Positions 60,512-64,000 of a stretch of DNA of 64,000 nt are shown piece by piece. Numbering within the stretch: the stretch's first letter is position 1; each line of letters begins with the position of its first letter. The position numbers were made by a program, and so were the translations under genes. This DNA is from Nitrospiraceae bacterium (GTDB lineage Bacteria; Nitrospirota; Thermodesulfovibrionia; UBA6902), in NCBI GenBank assembly GCA_020356065.1, contig CP070632.1, positions 265,284 through 329,283 of the forward strand, written 5' to 3'. The notes below the pieces were generated by a model, which did not search any database, was not told where the DNA came from, and saw nothing but the letters and a program-made list of their open reading frames with translations.

Positions 60512-61513
60512 TTAATAGACTGCAACTCCCCAGGGTGAACCTGAATATGTGCTCTCAGTAGCAGGAGTTAATTTTATCGTGTCTACGATCTTATCGCTTG
60601 CCGTATCAATGATAGAAAGGGAAACATCCTCATGGTTTACGACATAAGCCCGTCCTGTCTCTGAATCTACGGCAATCCCTATCGGACCTTTCCCCCCTTC
60701 AATATTTCCTATGACTTTGTCTACCTTCATGTCAATTACGGTAACCGCGTTTTCTTCCCTCTTTGTTACATAGGCCTTGTTTTTTGAGGTATCAACGCCA
60801 ATGTACCATGCGGTGTTACCTACCTTGACCGTGGAGAGTTCCTTGAGATCACCGGAATCAAATACCTGGACAGAACCTTTGCCATGAATGGCCACGTATA
60901 CTTTCTTTTTGTCGGGACTTATCGCAAGTCCCAGCGGTGTATCAATAACCGGAACCTTTTGTATAACCTTCCGGTCCTTCAGACTGACCGCCGCAAGTTT
61001 CCACTCACCTGAGTTACTTGTAAAGAGTTTGTCATTTACGATCTTTATGTCAAATGGTCCTGCGCCAACATCTATTTTTTCCGTGACTTCATGTGTCTTT
61101 AAATCAACGACAGAAACAGTATGGCTGAGATTCTTTCCGTCAACCATGTGCTCCGTGTCTGCGACATACCCTGTCCCTGTGCCTGCATCAACTGTCATGG
61201 CCATCGGGCCGATTCCGACTTTAAACCTGGCAACTTCGGAGCTGCTGTCAAGGTCGATAACTGTTACCGTACTGTCTGCCTCACTCGAATTAACCACATA
61301 CAGCTTTTTGTTGGTTACATCACAGGCCAGTCCTGCGGGCCAGACCCCTACCCTGAAAGTATTAATTATTTCCTTTTTTTCAGGATCGATTACAGAAACG
61401 GTGTTATTACCTGAATTAGCAACATACACACGTTTGGCCGCGTATGCATCAACCCCGTACATGAGAATAACTGCAACTGCAAAAACGAGAATCATGAGTA
61501 TTAATTTCTTCAC
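60512..61513 (-). CDS. Exported YVTN/YncE-type beta-propeller protein
   Basis: Signal peptide; repeats YVANSGNNTVSVID, VG..P, AYVVN. Confidence 0.9.
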   Translation of the reverse strand: MKKLILMILVFAVAVILMYGVDAYAAKRVYVANSGNNTVSVIDPEKKEIINTFRVGVWPAGLACDVTNKKLYVVNSSEADSTVTVIDLDSSSEVARFKVGIGPMAMTVDAGTGTGYVADTEHMVDGKNLSHTVSVVDLKTHEVTEKIDVGAGPFDIKIVNDKLFTSNSGEWKLAAVSLKDRKVIQKVPVIDTPLGLAISPDKKKVYVAIHGKGSVQVFDSGDLKELSTVKVGNTAWYIGVDTSKNKAYVTKREENAVTVIDMKVDKVIGNIEGGKGPIGIAVDSETGRAYVVNHEDVSLSIIDTASDKIVDTIKLTPATESTYSGSPWGVAVY

Positions 61514-61616
61514 TGTGATGCTCCTCCTTTACATGATTAAAAATGTAGTGTGGGATATGATTATATAACTATTTTGGTTGTCAAATGTCAAACAATAATT
61601 CGATTATATAAATTTC

Positions 61617-62477
61617 TTATGATGCGAGATAACTTATTAAGGTAAATACAAAAACGGTTACGCTTATATACCCATTCATGTTAAAAAATGCGATATCAAG
61701 TTTACTCAGATCATCGGCCTTTACAAGTGAATGCTCATATAACAGGAGACCTGAAGCTATGAGCACCCCGATAATATAAAAAAATGACAGATTAAAGACG
61801 TAAACAAGACTAAATAATAATATAATTGTAATAAGATGAAAGATTCTGGCTATCCAGAGTGATGATCTGATGCCAAATATACTGGGAATGGAATAAAGGC
61901 CGTGCTCCTTATCAAAGTCCATGTCCTGTAATCCATAAATAATATCAAATCCTGCTACCCAGAACATTACCGCCAGACTGAGCATGAGAATTTCTGACTC
62001 AAACGTGCCCCGTACAGCCACCCAGGCCCCCAGAGGAGCCAGTGCCAGGGCAATACCCAGTACCATATGGCATAGCCAAGTAAATCTTTTTGTATAAGAA
62101 TACGTAATAAGAACTGCAAGTACCAGGGGAGACAGTTTCAGGCACAGTGGATTAAGCTCATATGCGGCCAGGACCAGAAGCGCAAAAGCCCCAGCTGTAA
62201 AAAAGATGGCTTCCGACGTTTTTATCACCCCCCTTGGGAGTTCCCTGTTTTTTGTCCTGGGATTAAGGGCATCAAACTCCCGGTCGATAATCCTGTTCAT
62301 TCCCATGGCACCCGAGCGTCCTCCGACCATTGCGACAGTTATCCAGAATATCTGATAAAGAGTCGGGATGCCCTCTGCAGCTATGAGTGCTGCGGTAAAA
62401 GCAAAGGGCAATGCAAAGATTGAATGTGAAAATTTAATCAGCCTCAGATATTCTACGCTCTTTTTAATCAATTTCAT
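61617..62477 (-). CDS. UbiA-family prenyltransferase (MqnP-like, futalosine menaquinone pathway)
   Basis: IKFSHSIFALPFA, NRIIDREFDALNPRT, YSYTKRFT, GFDIIYGLQD, AFFNMNG. Confidence 0.88.
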   Translation of the reverse strand: MKLIKKSVEYLRLIKFSHSIFALPFAFTAALIAAEGIPTLYQIFWITVAMVGGRSGAMGMNRIIDREFDALNPRTKNRELPRGVIKTSEAIFFTAGAFALLVLAAYELNPLCLKLSPLVLAVLITYSYTKRFTWLCHMVLGIALALAPLGAWVAVRGTFESEILMLSLAVMFWVAGFDIIYGLQDMDFDKEHGLYSIPSIFGIRSSLWIARIFHLITIILLFSLVYVFNLSFFYIIGVLIASGLLLYEHSLVKADDLSKLDIAFFNMNGYISVTVFVFTLISYLAS

Positions 62478-62687
62478 GACGGTCCTATTTTAGATTCACC
62501 GTAGATGAAAAGCAACGATAATATAAATAAATTCAGATCACATCCTAAAAAGTAACTAGAATCCCTGCAACCAATGGAACAGTGTTCCCTATGCATAATG
62601 TGTTAAATCACCTATGGACAGATCATAAATTCATTTGATATTTGCACATACTCAATGTTAAGATAATTCTCCGCAGGATCTATTAAT

Positions 62688-63953
62688 ATGGCAGTTATTC
62701 CATTCAACGGCATTTTATATAACCCGCAAAAAGTGGATGCCTCGCTTACGATGGCACCTCCATATGATATTGTGTCTCCTGATCTTAAAGAAGACCTGTA
62801 CAGAAAAAGTCCTCATAACATTATCCGGATTGATTTCGGAAAAGATAAAGACGGCGATAATGAAGAGGAAAACCGTTATACGAGGGCAGCTTCGTATTTC
62901 AATGAATGGCTCCATCAGGGTATTCTCACCAGAGATGATGCGCAGTGTTTTTACTCTTATGAGATACAGTATGAAATAAATGGAGCAGCGAAAATAACCA
63001 GAGGGTTTCTGGGTGCCGTAAAAATAGAGGAACTTGGTAAAGGCAAGGTCCATCCCCATGAAATGACCTATTCCAAGCCGAAATCAGACAGGTTAAATAT
63101 CCTGCGATACTGCAGGGCAAACACGAGCCCCATTTTTTCCCTTTATTCCAGTAAAGAAAAAGCCGCATCATCCATCCTTGAGAACATTTCTGATCAGCCT
63201 CCTTATATCGAATTTGTGTATGACGACGGTTTTACCCATCGACTCTGGAAGATCAGTGACAGGAGCAAAATAGATGTAATTGTCAGGGAGATGTCTCACA
63301 GAGACGTTTTTATTGCCGACGGGCATCACCGCTATGAAACAGCGCTGGCTTTTAAAAAGGAGATGGAAGTTAAAGGCATGAGACGGAACGGGAAAGAACC
63401 GTTCAATTACGTGCTTATGTTCCTGGCAAACATGGAGGATGAAGGATTGACGCTGCTTCCGACACACCGCATTATAGAGGTGGATTCTGAAATCAGAATC
63501 CGGGATATATTAAAACAGCATTTCGAGCTGAAGAAGATATCGACAGGTAATATGTCAGGAAAACAGGCAATAGCGGCAATGCTGGAATCCATGAGCAGCA
63601 AAGCACATTCTTTTGGAATGTACCTTACAAACACGGGGAATTATTATGCATTATCATTTAACGGTGCATCCATTGATGTTGACCTTCCCGACTGTCTGAA
63701 AAAGCTTGATGTTTCTGTTCTTCACAAGTTTATTTTTGAGAACTTACTGAATGTTGATCATTATGAATATGAAATGGACCCTGCTGTTGCAGTGGAAAGA
63801 GCAATGAAAGGTTCCTTTGAAGCAGTCTTTTTCCTCAATCCCACACTGATCAGCGAGTTAAAGGAAGTAGCTCTTGAGGGGCATCGAATGCCCCCGAAAT
63901 CAACGTATTTTTATCCCAAGCTTCTTACGGGAATGGCAATTTACAAATTTTAA
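62688..63953 (+). CDS. DUF1015 family protein
   Basis: PPYDIVS, PHEMT, IADGHHRYETA, PTHR, MPPKSTYFYPK. Confidence 0.92.
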   Translation: MAVIPFNGILYNPQKVDASLTMAPPYDIVSPDLKEDLYRKSPHNIIRIDFGKDKDGDNEEENRYTRAASYFNEWLHQGILTRDDAQCFYSYEIQYEINGAAKITRGFLGAVKIEELGKGKVHPHEMTYSKPKSDRLNILRYCRANTSPIFSLYSSKEKAASSILENISDQPPYIEFVYDDGFTHRLWKISDRSKIDVIVREMSHRDVFIADGHHRYETALAFKKEMEVKGMRRNGKEPFNYVLMFLANMEDEGLTLLPTHRIIEVDSEIRIRDILKQHFELKKISTGNMSGKQAIAAMLESMSSKAHSFGMYLTNTGNYYALSFNGASIDVDLPDCLKKLDVSVLHKFIFENLLNVDHYEYEMDPAVAVERAMKGSFEAVFFLNPTLISELKEVALEGHRMPPKSTYFYPKLLTGMAIYKF

Positions 63954-64000
63954 CTTCTATGAGCAGTAAGTTGTACAGACACCGGACCTGATAATGTCTT

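Overview
Bacterial chromosomal window; gene content and style suggest an anaerobic Nitrospirota/deltaproteobacteria-like organism (inference). 1-16.5 kb is mostly housekeeping: 3' end of ppdK, nfo, rnhA, tRNA-Ile2(CAT), a sensor kinase, an MtrA/DUF4346 protein, parAB, purEDH and radC. 16.8-27.5 kb is an accessory, partly AT-rich region with three complete IS elements (IS256, IS1111-type IS110 with a readable bridge-RNA region, IS481), a c-di-GMP-I riboswitch, small Cys-rich proteins and a deletion scar joining two headless genes. 27.8-39 kb is a light/oxidative-stress cluster (cfa-DUF1365-FAD oxidoreductase lipid-modification genes, class II photolyase, YbgA-like), followed by a diadenylate cyclase. 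42.8-58 kb is a nitrogen-assimilation region (3 amt, 3 PII, porin, glnA, glnE). The best candidate for an undescribed system is here: four sigma-54 promoters share arrayed TACA-N4-TGTA upstream sites; two are followed at once by tiny stand-alone NifA-like HTH genes, and one drives a divergent RelA/SpoT-synthetase-like protein. The window ends with lptFG, a YVTN propeller, a UbiA/MqnP-like prenyltransferase and DUF1015. All calls are from motif recognition by eye; no searches were run.
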